From: an uncultured Granulosicoccaceae bacterium
Lineage (GTDB): Bacteria; Pseudomonadota; Gammaproteobacteria; Granulosicoccales; Granulosicoccaceae
Length of the DNA stretch: 64,000 bases
Reading direction: 5' to 3'
Assembly (NCBI GenBank): GCA_938035945.1
Contig: CALHOU010000053.1
Coordinates: 41,400 to 105,399, forward strand
Part shown: positions 24,668-34,391 of the stretch, piece by piece
Layout of the letters: each line of letters opens with the position of its first letter
Position numbering within the stretch: the stretch's first letter is position 1
Position numbers and translations under genes: made by a program
Notes under the pieces: model-generated
The model's database searches: none
What the model saw: only the letters and a program-made list of their open reading frames with translations
Told to the model about the DNA's origin: nothing

Positions 24668-24790
24668 ACATCAGATTATTTTACGATAACGTTTTCCCGA
24701 CAATTCGTTGTAGACTAATTTTCCCAACATGCAATTAATTTGATAAAATAAACCGTAGTCTATTTTTACAGCTTATCAAGTTGACTATGT

Positions 24791-24902
24791 TATTGAACAT
24801 AACATGCTGCTGCGCATAACACGCACTTATTTTGTCGCCCTACTTCTATTGAACATAACATACCCAAGTGCACACCACGCGCTTATGTTGGCGCCCGCCC
24901 AC
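24791..24902. repeat. Imperfect 56-bp tandem duplication upstream of the DUF481 gene
   Basis: TATTGAACATAACAT at 24791 and 24847, followed by the related tails CACGCACTTATTTTGTCGCCC and CACGCGCTTATGTTGGCGCCC. Confidence 0.85.
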
Positions 24903-24992
24903 TACCGCGCGATCAGCATGCCATGAACTACACTTTCCATGCATGCGCGCACGCTTGTTCACGCGCTAACAAATCGACGACAGGAACCTCCC

Positions 24993-25700
24993 ATGAAAGC
25001 GCACCTCAACGTTTTTCTGTGCACACTATTCATTGCATCAACAGCCAACCTCCTCGCGCCCAGTGCAGCTATGGCTGAATGGACCGGCGGCGTTGAGGCT
25101 AGCTCCGTAATAAAAGGCGACGCCAAAGGAACTCGGCTTCGCTTCAAAACCGTCAACAATGAGCGACCGCTGTATCAGGAACTCTACGCTGACTGGATAC
25201 GGCCGGATACGGGCGGCAGTGACTATGAAGCGGGATATAAACCTAAATTCTGGTTTTCAGAACGTACTTATGCGTTTGGCGAAGGTAGCCTTTCAACATC
25301 AAAAGCTGCGCAGATTGATCAGCAACAAAAATTATTCGCAGGCTTAGGGATTCAATTGCTCAATACAAACATGACAAGCCTGTTTATGGAAGTTGGTGCC
25401 GGTCAAACAACTACAAAATTTGATAATACATTTTTAGGCACGGAAAATAAAACCATCATCTCGTCTAACATTGCACGCATGGGTGCGCAACAAGTGCTAT
25501 CAGATTTTATAAAACTAGAAATAGATGGTGACTACGCAACATCAGACGAAAGCGAACAAACTACGGCTGAAGCTGGCTTGTCTCTGCGAATACCGGGAGG
25601 TTCGGTAAAATACAGCTACCGAATCATAAAGCTTGAGATTGGAAACAATGAGCCGGTCGAAACAACCGACTCATCGGTATCGTTTAGTTACGAGTTTTAA
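24993..25700 (+). CDS. DUF481/YdiY-like outer-membrane beta-barrel protein
   Basis: AGGA RBS, signal peptide ending AAMA, W.GGVE, alternating beta strands, E.GAG, C-terminal SFSYEF. Confidence 0.72.
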   Translation: MKAHLNVFLCTLFIASTANLLAPSAAMAEWTGGVEASSVIKGDAKGTRLRFKTVNNERPLYQELYADWIRPDTGGSDYEAGYKPKFWFSERTYAFGEGSLSTSKAAQIDQQQKLFAGLGIQLLNTNMTSLFMEVGAGQTTTKFDNTFLGTENKTIISSNIARMGAQQVLSDFIKLEIDGDYATSDESEQTTAEAGLSLRIPGGSVKYSYRIIKLEIGNNEPVETTDSSVSFSYEF

Positions 25701-25701
25701 A

Positions 25702-26265
25702 CTAACTCGCCTTGACAGACTTAAGCGTGCTTGCACCCTCGCCTGCGGCACGTTTGATCGCTTCAACAAGTAGTTGCTTGGCCTCTGTTACATCACCCCA
25801 GTGTTGAATTTTGACCCACTTGTTCGGTTCGAGATCTTTATAGTGCTGGAAGAAATGTTCGATTTGCTCACGCGATATGCTCGGTAGATCGCTGTAGGAT
25901 TGAACTTCCACATAGCGACGCGACATTTTTTCCGATGGTACGGCTATCAGTTTTTCATCCTGGCCACCATCATCTTCCATCACTAACACACCGATTGGCC
26001 GACAATTAATAACCGCACCCGGCATGATTGGACGTGTGTTACACACAAGCACATCAATAGGGTCGCCATCTTCTGACAAGGTGTGCGGAACGAAACCGTA
26101 GTTACCAGGGTAACGCATAGGCGTATACAAGAAGCGATCAACAAACAAAGCACCAGAGGCCTTGTCCATTTCATACTTGATGGGCTCCCCACCAACAGGC
26201 ACCTCTATAACGACATTGATATCGTCAGGCGCATTGTTGCCAAGAGGGATTTGATCTAGTCTCAT
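25702..26265 (-). CDS. ppa: Soluble inorganic pyrophosphatase, family I (copy 2, with short C-terminal tail)
   Basis: IKYE.DK, DR.LY, YPGNYGF, DGDPIDV signature, DEK, FF.HYKDLE. Confidence 0.97.
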   Translation of the reverse strand: MRLDQIPLGNNAPDDINVVIEVPVGGEPIKYEMDKASGALFVDRFLYTPMRYPGNYGFVPHTLSEDGDPIDVLVCNTRPIMPGAVINCRPIGVLVMEDDGGQDEKLIAVPSEKMSRRYVEVQSYSDLPSISREQIEHFFQHYKDLEPNKWVKIQHWGDVTEAKQLLVEAIKRAAGEGASTLKSVKAS

Positions 26266-26416
26266 TTTTTGTGTTTCAAGAGCGATTAATCTGGCTTATC
26301 AATGTGCAAGAATGCCGCCAATTGACTGGTCATTTTTTGCCCATTATGTTGGCATTAATCGCACCTAGGGGCGCTAAACGTGGCCGTACTGGCTGAGAGC
26401 TTACTTCACAGCTGCG

Positions 26417-26947
26417 CTAGGCACTGTTTGCACGCTCAATCGCTTCGGTTAATAACTGTTTCGCTTTTGCAGCTGAGCCCCACTCATGCACCTTGACCCA
26501 TTTGCCAGGCTCCAAATCTTTGTAGTGCGTGAAAAAATGCTCAATCTGTTCGCGGGTAATCACGGGCAAGTCGGTGTAGTCGTGAATGTTTTCATAGCGT
26601 TTGGTCACCTGTACTGAAGGCACAGCGATGAGCTTTTCATCCTGACCGCCATCGTCTTCCATGATAAGCACACCAATGGGTACGCAGTTAACGACACCGC
26701 CAGCGATGATTGCCCGCGTGTTACAGATGAGCACGTCAATCGGGTCACCATCTTCAGACAAGGTGTGCGGCACAAAACCATAGTTGCCCGGGTAGCGCAT
26801 AGGCGTATACAAAAAACGATCGACAAACAATGCGCCGGACGCTTTATCCAACTCGTATTTGATGGGTTCACCACCGATGGGAACTTCAACAATGACATTG
26901 ATGTCGTCCGGTGCTGAATTGCCAATCGCGATGTTATCGATATTCAT
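26417..26947 (-). CDS. ppa: Soluble inorganic pyrophosphatase, family I (copy 1)
   Basis: Same complete motif set (DGDPIDV, DEK, HYKDLE); ATG at 26947. Confidence 0.97.
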   Translation of the reverse strand: MNIDNIAIGNSAPDDINVIVEVPIGGEPIKYELDKASGALFVDRFLYTPMRYPGNYGFVPHTLSEDGDPIDVLICNTRAIIAGGVVNCVPIGVLIMEDDGGQDEKLIAVPSVQVTKRYENIHDYTDLPVITREQIEHFFTHYKDLEPGKWVKVHEWGSAAKAKQLLTEAIERANSA

Positions 26948-27020
26948 GACTTGCAAACTATCTCTATAGAATTAAAAGTGTGCGTCATTTGGCAACACAA
27001 GGTTCGCCAGCCAGACACAA

Positions 27021-27074
27021 CAAAGGGCCCCAAAAAGAGGCCCTTTGCGGGTTCGCAAGCTTAACAAGCTTGCG
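27021..27074 (-). terminator. Two tandem hairpins downstream of hppA (probable intrinsic terminator)
   Basis: CAAAGGGCC-N9-GGCCCTTTG (27021-27047, followed by TTGTGT on the - strand) and CGCAAGCTT-AAC-AAGCTTGCG (27054-27074). Confidence 0.7.
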
Positions 27075-27109
27075 GCTATCGTGAAACGATTTTCAGTTAC
27101 AAGTGTTGG

Positions 27110-29128
27110 TTACAAAATCGGTGCAATAACCAAACTGACAATCGCCATAACGTTAATCAAGATATTCATCGACGGACCAGAGGTGTCTTTGAACGGGTCG
27201 CCAACAGTGTCACCTATAACAGCCGCAGCGTGTGCTTCAGAACCCTTACCACCAAGGTTACCCTTCTCAACGTACTTCTTAGCGTTATCCCAGGCACCAC
27301 CAGCATTAGCCATCATCAGCGCTAGCAATACACAACCCAGCAAGGCACCAGCGAGCATGCCACCCAAAGCTTCAGCGCCAATGATCAAACCAACCAACGG
27401 TGGTGCCGCAACAGCGATACAACCTGGCAGAATCATTTTCTTTAACGCAGCTGTGGTAGCAATATCTACACAGCGATCGCTATCAGGCTCTGCGTTGCCT
27501 TCTTTCAGCCCTGGTATTTCCTTAAACTGACGACGAATCTCTTCAATCATTTCCATCGCCGCGTCCCCTACGGCCGTCATGGTTATAGCCGCAATCAAAA
27601 ACGGCAGTAAGCCACCAATGAACAAACCGATAAGTACGATGGGATCGGATAATTCCAACGCAAAGTCATCTCTGGTAGCGTGCATGGTTTCAACAAACGC
27701 TGCAATAATCGCAAGCGCTGCCAGTGCCGCAGCACCAATTGCAAAACCTTTACCGATTGCGGCAGTAGTGTTACCCACTTCATCAAGCCCATCAGTGATT
27801 TTACGTGTGTCTTCACCCAAGCCTGCCATCTCAGCAATACCACCAGCGTTATCAGCAACAGGACCGTAGGCATCGAGTGCCATGGTCATACCAACCGTTG
27901 CCAACATGCCAACCGCTGCGATGCCAACGCCGTACAAGCCAGCAACCGAGGTGGAAATAAAGATGATTAAGCAGATAGTCAGGATTGGAATAACAACCGA
28001 TTCCATACCGACAGCCAAGCCTGTGATGATGACGGTGGCACTACCTGTTGAGCCTGACTCAGCTATGCGCTTAACGGGCCCCATTGCTGTGTAGTATTCA
28101 GTGACCAGACCAATAATGATCCCGCCAACGGTACCAGCCAAAATAGCCCACCACACATTAATCGACAGACCCATCAGTAAAACAATGAGCAGTGCGGCAA
28201 ACACCAAAGCAGCTGCCGAAATCTGGTGGCCCATGCGCAAGGCTTTTTCTGGCGCTTCAGCAGATTTCGATCGAACAATATAGATACCCAGTATCGAACA
28301 CAATAGTCCAACGCTGGCCAGTGCTAATGGCATAAACATTAACGCGCCGCGGCTTCCGCCGCCGAGTGATTCAACACTGTCTGGCCCAGCCAAAACCAAG
28401 GTGGATGCGATCGCGATGGTGGCGATCATCGAGCCACAGTAGGACTCAAATATATCCGACCCCATGCCTGCAACATCACCCACGTTGTCACCAACGTTAT
28501 CGGCGATAACGCCTGGGTTGCGCGGATCGTCCTCCGGGATACCTGCCTCCAACTTACCCACAAGATCTGCACCCACATCGGCAGACTTGGTAAAGATACC
28601 GCCACCCACACGTGAGAACAACGCAACACTGGATGCGCCCATGCCAAAGCCGTGAATGTTATGAACAGATTCTGGGTCACCACCGAAGAAGAAGTACAAA
28701 AAGCCCAAACCAAGCAGACCAAGAGCTGCAACACATAAGCCCATGATCGAGCCACCGAAAAATGCAACGGTTAGCGCTTCAGCTTCGCCTTTATCGTGAG
28801 CGGCTAGCGTGGTGCGCACGTTTGCCTTGGTGGCTGCGAACATACCCAGATAGCCAGCAAGCGCTGAGCAGGCAGCTCCAACAATAAATGACAACGTGGT
28901 ACCGAAACCAACAAAGATAAGTAAGAGAACAGCAAGCACACCGGCGAACATACCGAGCATTTTGTATTCACGATGCATAAACACCATCGCACCAGAGTGA
29001 ATCGCGTCTCCGATCTTTTTGATTTTTCCGTCACCTTCCGGATAGTCGATCAGCATCCGGTATATGACGAAGGCGACAAACAGTCCGCCCAAGCCGAGTA
29101 ACATCGGCAAAATTCCGCTCCACCCCAT
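27110..29128 (-). CDS. hppA: Membrane-bound ion-translocating pyrophosphatase, K+-dependent, probably Na+-pumping
   Basis: [48 protein letters not shown] (Ala = K+-dependent), [23 protein letters not shown]; AGAGGA RBS before the ATG at 29128. Confidence 0.96.
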   Translation of the reverse strand: MGWSGILPMLLGLGGLFVAFVIYRMLIDYPEGDGKIKKIGDAIHSGAMVFMHREYKMLGMFAGVLAVLLLIFVGFGTTLSFIVGAACSALAGYLGMFAATKANVRTTLAAHDKGEAEALTVAFFGGSIMGLCVAALGLLGLGFLYFFFGGDPESVHNIHGFGMGASSVALFSRVGGGIFTKSADVGADLVGKLEAGIPEDDPRNPGVIADNVGDNVGDVAGMGSDIFESYCGSMIATIAIASTLVLAGPDSVESLGGGSRGALMFMPLALASVGLLCSILGIYIVRSKSAEAPEKALRMGHQISAAALVFAALLIVLLMGLSINVWWAILAGTVGGIIIGLVTEYYTAMGPVKRIAESGSTGSATVIITGLAVGMESVVIPILTICLIIFISTSVAGLYGVGIAAVGMLATVGMTMALDAYGPVADNAGGIAEMAGLGEDTRKITDGLDEVGNTTAAIGKGFAIGAAALAALAIIAAFVETMHATRDDFALELSDPIVLIGLFIGGLLPFLIAAITMTAVGDAAMEMIEEIRRQFKEIPGLKEGNAEPDSDRCVDIATTAALKKMILPGCIAVAAPPLVGLIIGAEALGGMLAGALLGCVLLALMMANAGGAWDNAKKYVEKGNLGGKGSEAHAAAVIGDTVGDPFKDTSGPSMNILINVMAIVSLVIAPIL

Positions 29129-29336
29129 TTGAATCTGTCCTCTTTTAATGTTGAATTGCGTATTTTTGGATTGTAACCCAAAGTGGTCGCAGACTCGATA
29201 CGTGCGCAAGACTATTCACTATTGAGCTGCATCAGAACGGCCCCACCGGCTATGCTTGGTCCGCCGAGGCACTGATCGGCCCATAAACACCCCAATCATG
29301 AATTATTGTTCGCAATTTAAAAAAAGGAAAACTCAG

Positions 29337-29690
29337 TTGAGCCAAGCTATTTATCATTTAGCCACCTTCGAAGACGCTGAAAAGCTGGCCCAAAGTGGCA
29401 GCTACACAGCGGCCTCACTCGCTACCGAAGGCTTCATCCACTGCTGCACGGCTGGCCAATTACCAGGTGTGCTCCAGCGCTACTACGCCGATGCGCAACG
29501 GCTGGTGGTGTTACACATTAATTCCGATCAGTTAGAGAGCCGATTGGTCATGGAAAACACCGTCGGCGGCAGCGAGGATTTTCCGCATGTTTATGGCCCC
29601 ATTAACGCGTCGGCCATAACCAGGCAGACCGAGATAGATGCCGAGCGCATACGCGAAATCGCTGCAAGCCCATCCTACGAAGAAGCCTAG
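29337..29690 (+). CDS. DUF952 family protein
   Basis: IYHLA, SL..EGFIHC, FPHVYGPIN; TTG start after an AAGGAAA RBS. Confidence 0.85.
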   Translation: MSQAIYHLATFEDAEKLAQSGSYTAASLATEGFIHCCTAGQLPGVLQRYYADAQRLVVLHINSDQLESRLVMENTVGGSEDFPHVYGPINASAITRQTEIDAERIREIAASPSYEEA

Positions 29691-29713
29691 ACACCAAGCC
29701 GACAGGAACAAAC

Positions 29714-29962
29714 ATGCCAGAAATAAAACTCAGCGTCGAACAAACCGCTCGCGCCGTCACCCTCTTACAAGACTACTTCACTGAAAAGCTTGATAGTGAG
29801 ATCGGGCAATTTGATGCAGAGTTTTTACTCGACTTTTTCGCTAAGGAGATTGGCGTGTTCTATTACAACCAAGCGATCGCGGATGCGCACGCCCTGCTCC
29901 ACACACAAATCGAAAATGTGTCTGAGAATTTACTCGAACTGGAAAAGTGGACGTCGCGATAG
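29714..29962 (+). CDS. DUF2164 family protein
   Basis: LQDYF..L..EIGQFDAEFLLDFF..EIG..YYNQ pattern. Confidence 0.85.
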   Translation: MPEIKLSVEQTARAVTLLQDYFTEKLDSEIGQFDAEFLLDFFAKEIGVFYYNQAIADAHALLHTQIENVSENLLELEKWTSR

Positions 29963-30049
29963 CGCCACCCAGCGAGGGCCCCGTATCGACAAGGTACCTA
30001 TGAACACCTACACTCACTTCATCACTTAGAACGTCTGTGGACAACCCGA

Positions 30050-30847
30050 ATGGAAAGCTTACTCAACATTGAAAATCTACTCACGCTTGGTGCACTGGTC
30101 GTGCTGCAAGCGGTGCTCGGTTTCGACAACTTGCTCTATGTATCGTTGGAATCAAAACGCGCGCCTGCGGACAAGCAAGCCTGGGTGCGTAAGATGGGCA
30201 TCGGAATGGCCATCGTATTACGTATCATATTGCTGTTCGCACTGGTATCGCTTATCCAATATGTACAAGACCCTATTTGGAATCCTAACTTTACAGGCAT
30301 ATTCGAAGGGCAGTTTAACCTGCACAGTATTATCGTTTTAGTCGGCGGTGTATTTATTATCTATACAGCCACTAAAGAAGTGCTGCACATGATGCACATC
30401 GAAGAAGATCACACACAAGACACAAAACCTAAATCTACCGGCATGGTTATCTTCTGGATTGTACTAATGAACGTTGTATTTTCATTCGATTCAATTTTAA
30501 GTGCAATGGCCTTAACCGATGTATTTTGGGTGATGGCAACCGCGATCATCATCGGTGGTTTGTTGATGATTTATTTGGCTGAGCGTGTGTCTACATTTTT
30601 AGAGAAAAACCGTATGTACGAAGTGCTAGGTTTGTTTATCTTGTTTGTGGTGGGGATTATGTTGTTGTCCGAAGGTGGGCACTTGGCACACTTGCACTTG
30701 TTTGGTAATCCGATCGTGGCAATGAGCAAAACCACGTTCTATTTTGTCATTGCCGTGTTGGTGATGACTGATATCGTGCAAACGCGATATCAGAAAAAAC
30801 TATTGGCAAAAGCCAAGGCCAACAAAAAGGTTCACGTACCGACTTAG
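30050..30847 (+). CDS. TerC family integral membrane protein
   Basis: VLGFDNLLY, VFSFDSILSA, multiple TM helices. Confidence 0.9.
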   Translation: MESLLNIENLLTLGALVVLQAVLGFDNLLYVSLESKRAPADKQAWVRKMGIGMAIVLRIILLFALVSLIQYVQDPIWNPNFTGIFEGQFNLHSIIVLVGGVFIIYTATKEVLHMMHIEEDHTQDTKPKSTGMVIFWIVLMNVVFSFDSILSAMALTDVFWVMATAIIIGGLLMIYLAERVSTFLEKNRMYEVLGLFILFVVGIMLLSEGGHLAHLHLFGNPIVAMSKTTFYFVIAVLVMTDIVQTRYQKKLLAKAKANKKVHVPT

Positions 30848-31284
30848 TCTTCCCAACCGTAGTCGTGCGTGAGCTCTTCGTCTTTTTCAATTGCGCGCAA
30901 GGTCACCACTTCTGTATCGGTGAGCGCGCAGTTGGGATTAGAGTCGTGATTGATAAAACGAAATTCATTGGTAATCTCTAAACCTATGTGCTTGTTCAGC
31001 CACAGCACATAGGTTCCATCTTCTTCGGTTAGCATGCCGTGCAACCGACCCAGCGATACATCCTCTTTTAAATCTTTGGCCGCGAACAAGCCCTTGCCAT
31101 GAATCGGACTGTCTTTAACATAGACACGTTTAGCCATTCGCTTTGCGTTCTTCATCGCAGGCTTGGCATAACGATCAGGGTTAATGTCTGGCGCGGGTTT
31201 GAGCGCAAGCTTGGCATCAAGATCGCTAGCAGCATCTGATGTTAGCGTGCTGATAGTGGCTGGACTGGAATCGGAGGTGTTCAT
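30844..31284 (-). CDS. Minimal SET-domain protein (putative lysine methyltransferase)
   Basis: SPIHGKGLFA, RFINH.SNPN, I...EELT.DY; no post-SET Cys cluster; start uncertain (31284 or 31341). Confidence 0.88.
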   Translation of the reverse strand: MNTSDSSPATISTLTSDAASDLDAKLALKPAPDINPDRYAKPAMKNAKRMAKRVYVKDSPIHGKGLFAAKDLKEDVSLGRLHGMLTEEDGTYVLWLNKHIGLEITNEFRFINHDSNPNCALTDTEVVTLRAIEKDEELTHDYGWED

Positions 31285-31368
31285 GGCATACCGCGCTAAA
31301 GAGTCAGCGCGGTATGTTAAAGCATTCGTGTCACGGGTCAAGTAACCGGATGGACACGCGAAAGCTGT

Positions 31369-31716
31369 TTACATTGTTTGGGTAGGACGTTCACCCGCAA
31401 TGGCCGCAGCCAGATGTTGTTCAATATTGGATTTGGTATCACCATTGTCGTCTTCGGAGAACTGAATACCAACACCTGGTGTTTTGTTACCTTGAGCACC
31501 GGCAGGGGTGATCCACACGACTTTTCCGCTTATAGGTACCGGTGAATGATCATCCATGACTCTTAGCAGCATGAATACTTCATCACCAAGGTCGTACGAG
31601 CGTGACGTTGGTACAAATACAGCGCCGTTCTGTACAAACGACATATAAGAAGAATACAGAGCGCCTCGATCAGTGATCGAGAAAGCGATAATGCCCTTTC
31701 GGGTTTGTTCGGTCAT
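31369..31716 (-). CDS. pilZ: Type IV pilus assembly PilZ (stand-alone, lacks the RxxxR c-di-GMP motif)
   Basis: LY.SYM.F...G.VF.PT, G.VVWITP.GAQ, G.GIQF, PT.TM end; follows holB. Confidence 0.93.
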   Translation of the reverse strand: MTEQTRKGIIAFSITDRGALYSSYMSFVQNGAVFVPTSRSYDLGDEVFMLLRVMDDHSPVPISGKVVWITPAGAQGNKTPGVGIQFSEDDNGDTKSNIEQHLAAAIAGERPTQTM

Positions 31717-31725
31717 AAGACACCT

Positions 31726-32718
31726 TCAGCCTTGAGTCATAGTTCTGATATCGGCAAAAAGTCCCTCGAGCACAGTCTGAGTTTTAAAGCTGGCGCTATC
31801 AGATCGGTACAACTGCTGCATTCGATCGTAAAGTGCGAACCACTGCTCAGAATCGAGTCCATCGTGGACCTCTGATATCAGCTCTGAGGTGGCATGATCC
31901 GCGCCAATCGGCAAATTTAGCTGCCTTTTGTTGGCCATCAAAGTCCAATTTGAAAAGTTGCGCAAACAACGCGTGGTGGGCAGGCCGGATATAGAATCAA
32001 CAATCTTGCCCACACTGGCCCTCATCAGGAACAGATCTTTCCAGGCCTTTTGCAGCAATTGCTCTGATTCTATCCATTCATCCGAAAGTTGCTCCAACAG
32101 GGCTATCGGGCCCACGCGCGCGCGGCTTAAATGCGCTTGCGCATCGTCCATGCCTTGTTCTTCTAGCCATGTGATCGCAGCACTGGTATCCCTTAGAGAT
32201 AGATTCGTAGCTTGGCATCGGCTTCTTATGGTGGCTGGCAAGGACCCCGGTCGATCGGCTGCGAGCAGTAACACGGCACGCTCACCAGGCTCTTCCAAGG
32301 TTTTTAACAAGCTGTTGGCCGCATTGCGATTCATCGCATCCGCGGTATCAATAAGTGCACATCGATAACGCCCCGGCGGCGCTGACAACTGTAACCAGCT
32401 CACCAGTTCGCGCACCGAATCAACCTTAATATTCATCGCTGCACCTTCTGGCAACAACACACTGAATTCAGCGTGCGCCCCGGCGGTTAGCTGTGCGCAC
32501 GAATCGCATTTACCGCACGCGCCAATTTCACTGCAATTACGGCACAACAGGGATTCAGCGACAAAGCGAACAAACTGTTTTTTACCCACGCCGCGCATGC
32601 CCGTGAATAACAAGGCATGTGGTAATTGACCTTGCTCATGCCGTCGATACACATCACGCCAGTGATCAAGCAGCCACGGTGGACAGGGTGTTAATGGTGC
32701 AGGTTCAACCATGCGCAC
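31726..32718 (-). CDS. holB: DNA polymerase III delta-prime subunit
   Basis: HALLF.G..GVGK, Zn ribbon C..CGKCDSC, AANSLLKTLEEP, TIRSRC. Confidence 0.96.
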   Translation of the reverse strand: MRMVEPAPLTPCPPWLLDHWRDVYRRHEQGQLPHALLFTGMRGVGKKQFVRFVAESLLCRNCSEIGACGKCDSCAQLTAGAHAEFSVLLPEGAAMNIKVDSVRELVSWLQLSAPPGRYRCALIDTADAMNRNAANSLLKTLEEPGERAVLLLAADRPGSLPATIRSRCQATNLSLRDTSAAITWLEEQGMDDAQAHLSRARVGPIALLEQLSDEWIESEQLLQKAWKDLFLMRASVGKIVDSISGLPTTRCLRNFSNWTLMANKRQLNLPIGADHATSELISEVHDGLDSEQWFALYDRMQQLYRSDSASFKTQTVLEGLFADIRTMTQG

Positions 32719-33340
32719 CCTCTAGAAAAGCTGTTAGTACATTATCGACCTGTTGCTGAACACCGTCGAGTGAAAGACTTGCATCAATAACTTTCATGCG
32801 CTGGGGCTGATCTTTCGCTCGTTGCAAATAGGCGGCACGGGCGCGTTCGAAAAAACCCAAGGCTTCCTTTTCGATGCGATCTGGTTTACCGCGAGCTGCC
32901 ATACGCTTTAAACCGTCTTCTATTGGCATATCCAACAAAAATGTTAAGTCAGGTTGTATGTCGATTGACAGTAACGCGTGTAGAGATGCAACAACACCTA
33001 AGCCTAATTCTCGCCCGCCACCTTGATAGGCAAAACTTGCATCAGCATAGCGATCACATAAAACCCAAGTGCCAGCATTCAATGCAGGTTCAATGACATC
33101 AACGGTGTGCTGTTTGCGGGAGGCTGCCATCATCATCAGCTCAGCCTCTGCCGACACGGGTGCGGATGCGTGCAATAGCAGATGACGCAGTTGTTCGCCT
33201 AAGTCAGTACCACCCGGCTCGCGGGTGACCAACACTTTTATTCCACGCGTAGTCAGGACAGATTCAACGTACTCCCGGTTCGTTGTTTTTCCAACGCCTT
33301 CAAGACCTTCTAGCGTGATGAACCGACCGCGAGCCGTCAT
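32705..33340 (-). CDS. tmk: Thymidylate kinase
   Basis: EGLEGVGKTT, TREPGG, CDRY.D.S.AYQG. Confidence 0.98.
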   Translation of the reverse strand: MTARGRFITLEGLEGVGKTTNREYVESVLTTRGIKVLVTREPGGTDLGEQLRHLLLHASAPVSAEAELMMMAASRKQHTVDVIEPALNAGTWVLCDRYADASFAYQGGGRELGLGVVASLHALLSIDIQPDLTFLLDMPIEDGLKRMAARGKPDRIEKEALGFFERARAAYLQRAKDQPQRMKVIDASLSLDGVQQQVDNVLTAFLEGAHG

Positions 33341-33346
33341 ACAGAC

Positions 33347-34348
33347 TTACCTTTTAAGTTGATACTTACGCACCGCAGCGTTGTGTTGCTCGATGGTTTC
33401 TGAAAATTGATGAGTGCCAGAACCATCATGGCGGGCAACAAAGTATAAAGCGGAGGTGGCTTCAGGTTGCATAACAGCACGTATAGCCTCGCGGCCAACC
33501 ATGGCAATCGGGGTTGGCGGTAAGCCGCCACGAGTATAAGTGTTGTATGGCGTATCAGTTCTTAGATCGCGGCGGCGTATGTTGCCGTCGTAGCTATCCC
33601 CCATGCCGTAGATAACGGTTGGATCGGTTTGCAGTCGCATTTTTATTCTAAGCCGCGACATAAACACACCAGCGATCAGTGGTCGCTCAGAAGGCTCGGC
33701 CGTTTCCTTCTCAACAATCGATGCCAGCACTAAGGCCTCATAGGGTGTCTTCAAAGGCAAACCTTCCTGGCGTTGCTCCCACTCTTCTTCTAAAACCGAT
33801 TGCAATAATTTATTGGCTCGCTTTAAAAAGTCAATATCGGTTGTGTTTTTCGGGAATTGATAGGTGTCGCTAAAGAACATCCCTTCAGGGTGTTGTCCAT
33901 CTAAGCCAATCGCGCTCATTATTTCGTCATTACTCATGCCATCCATGGTTTGCACGAGATCAGTATTTTGCGCAAGCCTTGCGCGAATTTGTTTAAACGT
34001 TGAGCCTTCAATAATGTTGCCGGAGTACTGTATCGTTTGACCGGCGACAAACACATCAATGAGTTCTGGTACGGTTGGATTGCCGGTGATGTTGTACTCA
34101 CCACTCTTGATACCAACGCCTTTTTCACTTAAGCGTGCATACAAATAAAACCAGTGTGGCTTGTCAATCACACCAATTTTTTGCAGCTCGTTGCCAACAC
34201 GTTTCGACGACCAGCCTTTTTTTATGTTGAAGCTGCGCTGCGTATCATTGAATGCGAGAGGCTTTTCGATTGTGCCCTTATAGTCGGCAAACACAAGCCC
34301 TGCAGCAACCAGTCCAACCACAACAAGAAAGATTAGAAATCGCCACAT
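33347..34348 (-). CDS. mltG: Endolytic murein transglycosylase MltG (YceG)
   Basis: N-terminal TM, ASIVEKE, RLQTDPTV.YG, PYNTY...GLPPTPI. Confidence 0.97.
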   Translation of the reverse strand: MWRFLIFLVVVGLVAAGLVFADYKGTIEKPLAFNDTQRSFNIKKGWSSKRVGNELQKIGVIDKPHWFYLYARLSEKGVGIKSGEYNITGNPTVPELIDVFVAGQTIQYSGNIIEGSTFKQIRARLAQNTDLVQTMDGMSNDEIMSAIGLDGQHPEGMFFSDTYQFPKNTTDIDFLKRANKLLQSVLEEEWEQRQEGLPLKTPYEALVLASIVEKETAEPSERPLIAGVFMSRLRIKMRLQTDPTVIYGMGDSYDGNIRRRDLRTDTPYNTYTRGGLPPTPIAMVGREAIRAVMQPEATSALYFVARHDGSGTHQFSETIEQHNAAVRKYQLKR

Positions 34349-34391
34349 AGTGAAAGTCGTTGAGTTGTATTCCGTTACGCCCAGTTGTCGA

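Noticed and set aside
24791-24902. Possible mini-CRISPR array
   Set aside because: Only two units, a 15-bp exact repeat, homologous 'spacers' and no cas genes
27045-28655. Series of + strand ORFs antisense to hppA
   Set aside because: Shadow ORFs produced by codon bias of the hydrophobic sense gene
29129-29209. 27-aa N-terminal extension of HppA
   Set aside because: A clear AGAGGA RBS precedes the ATG at 29128
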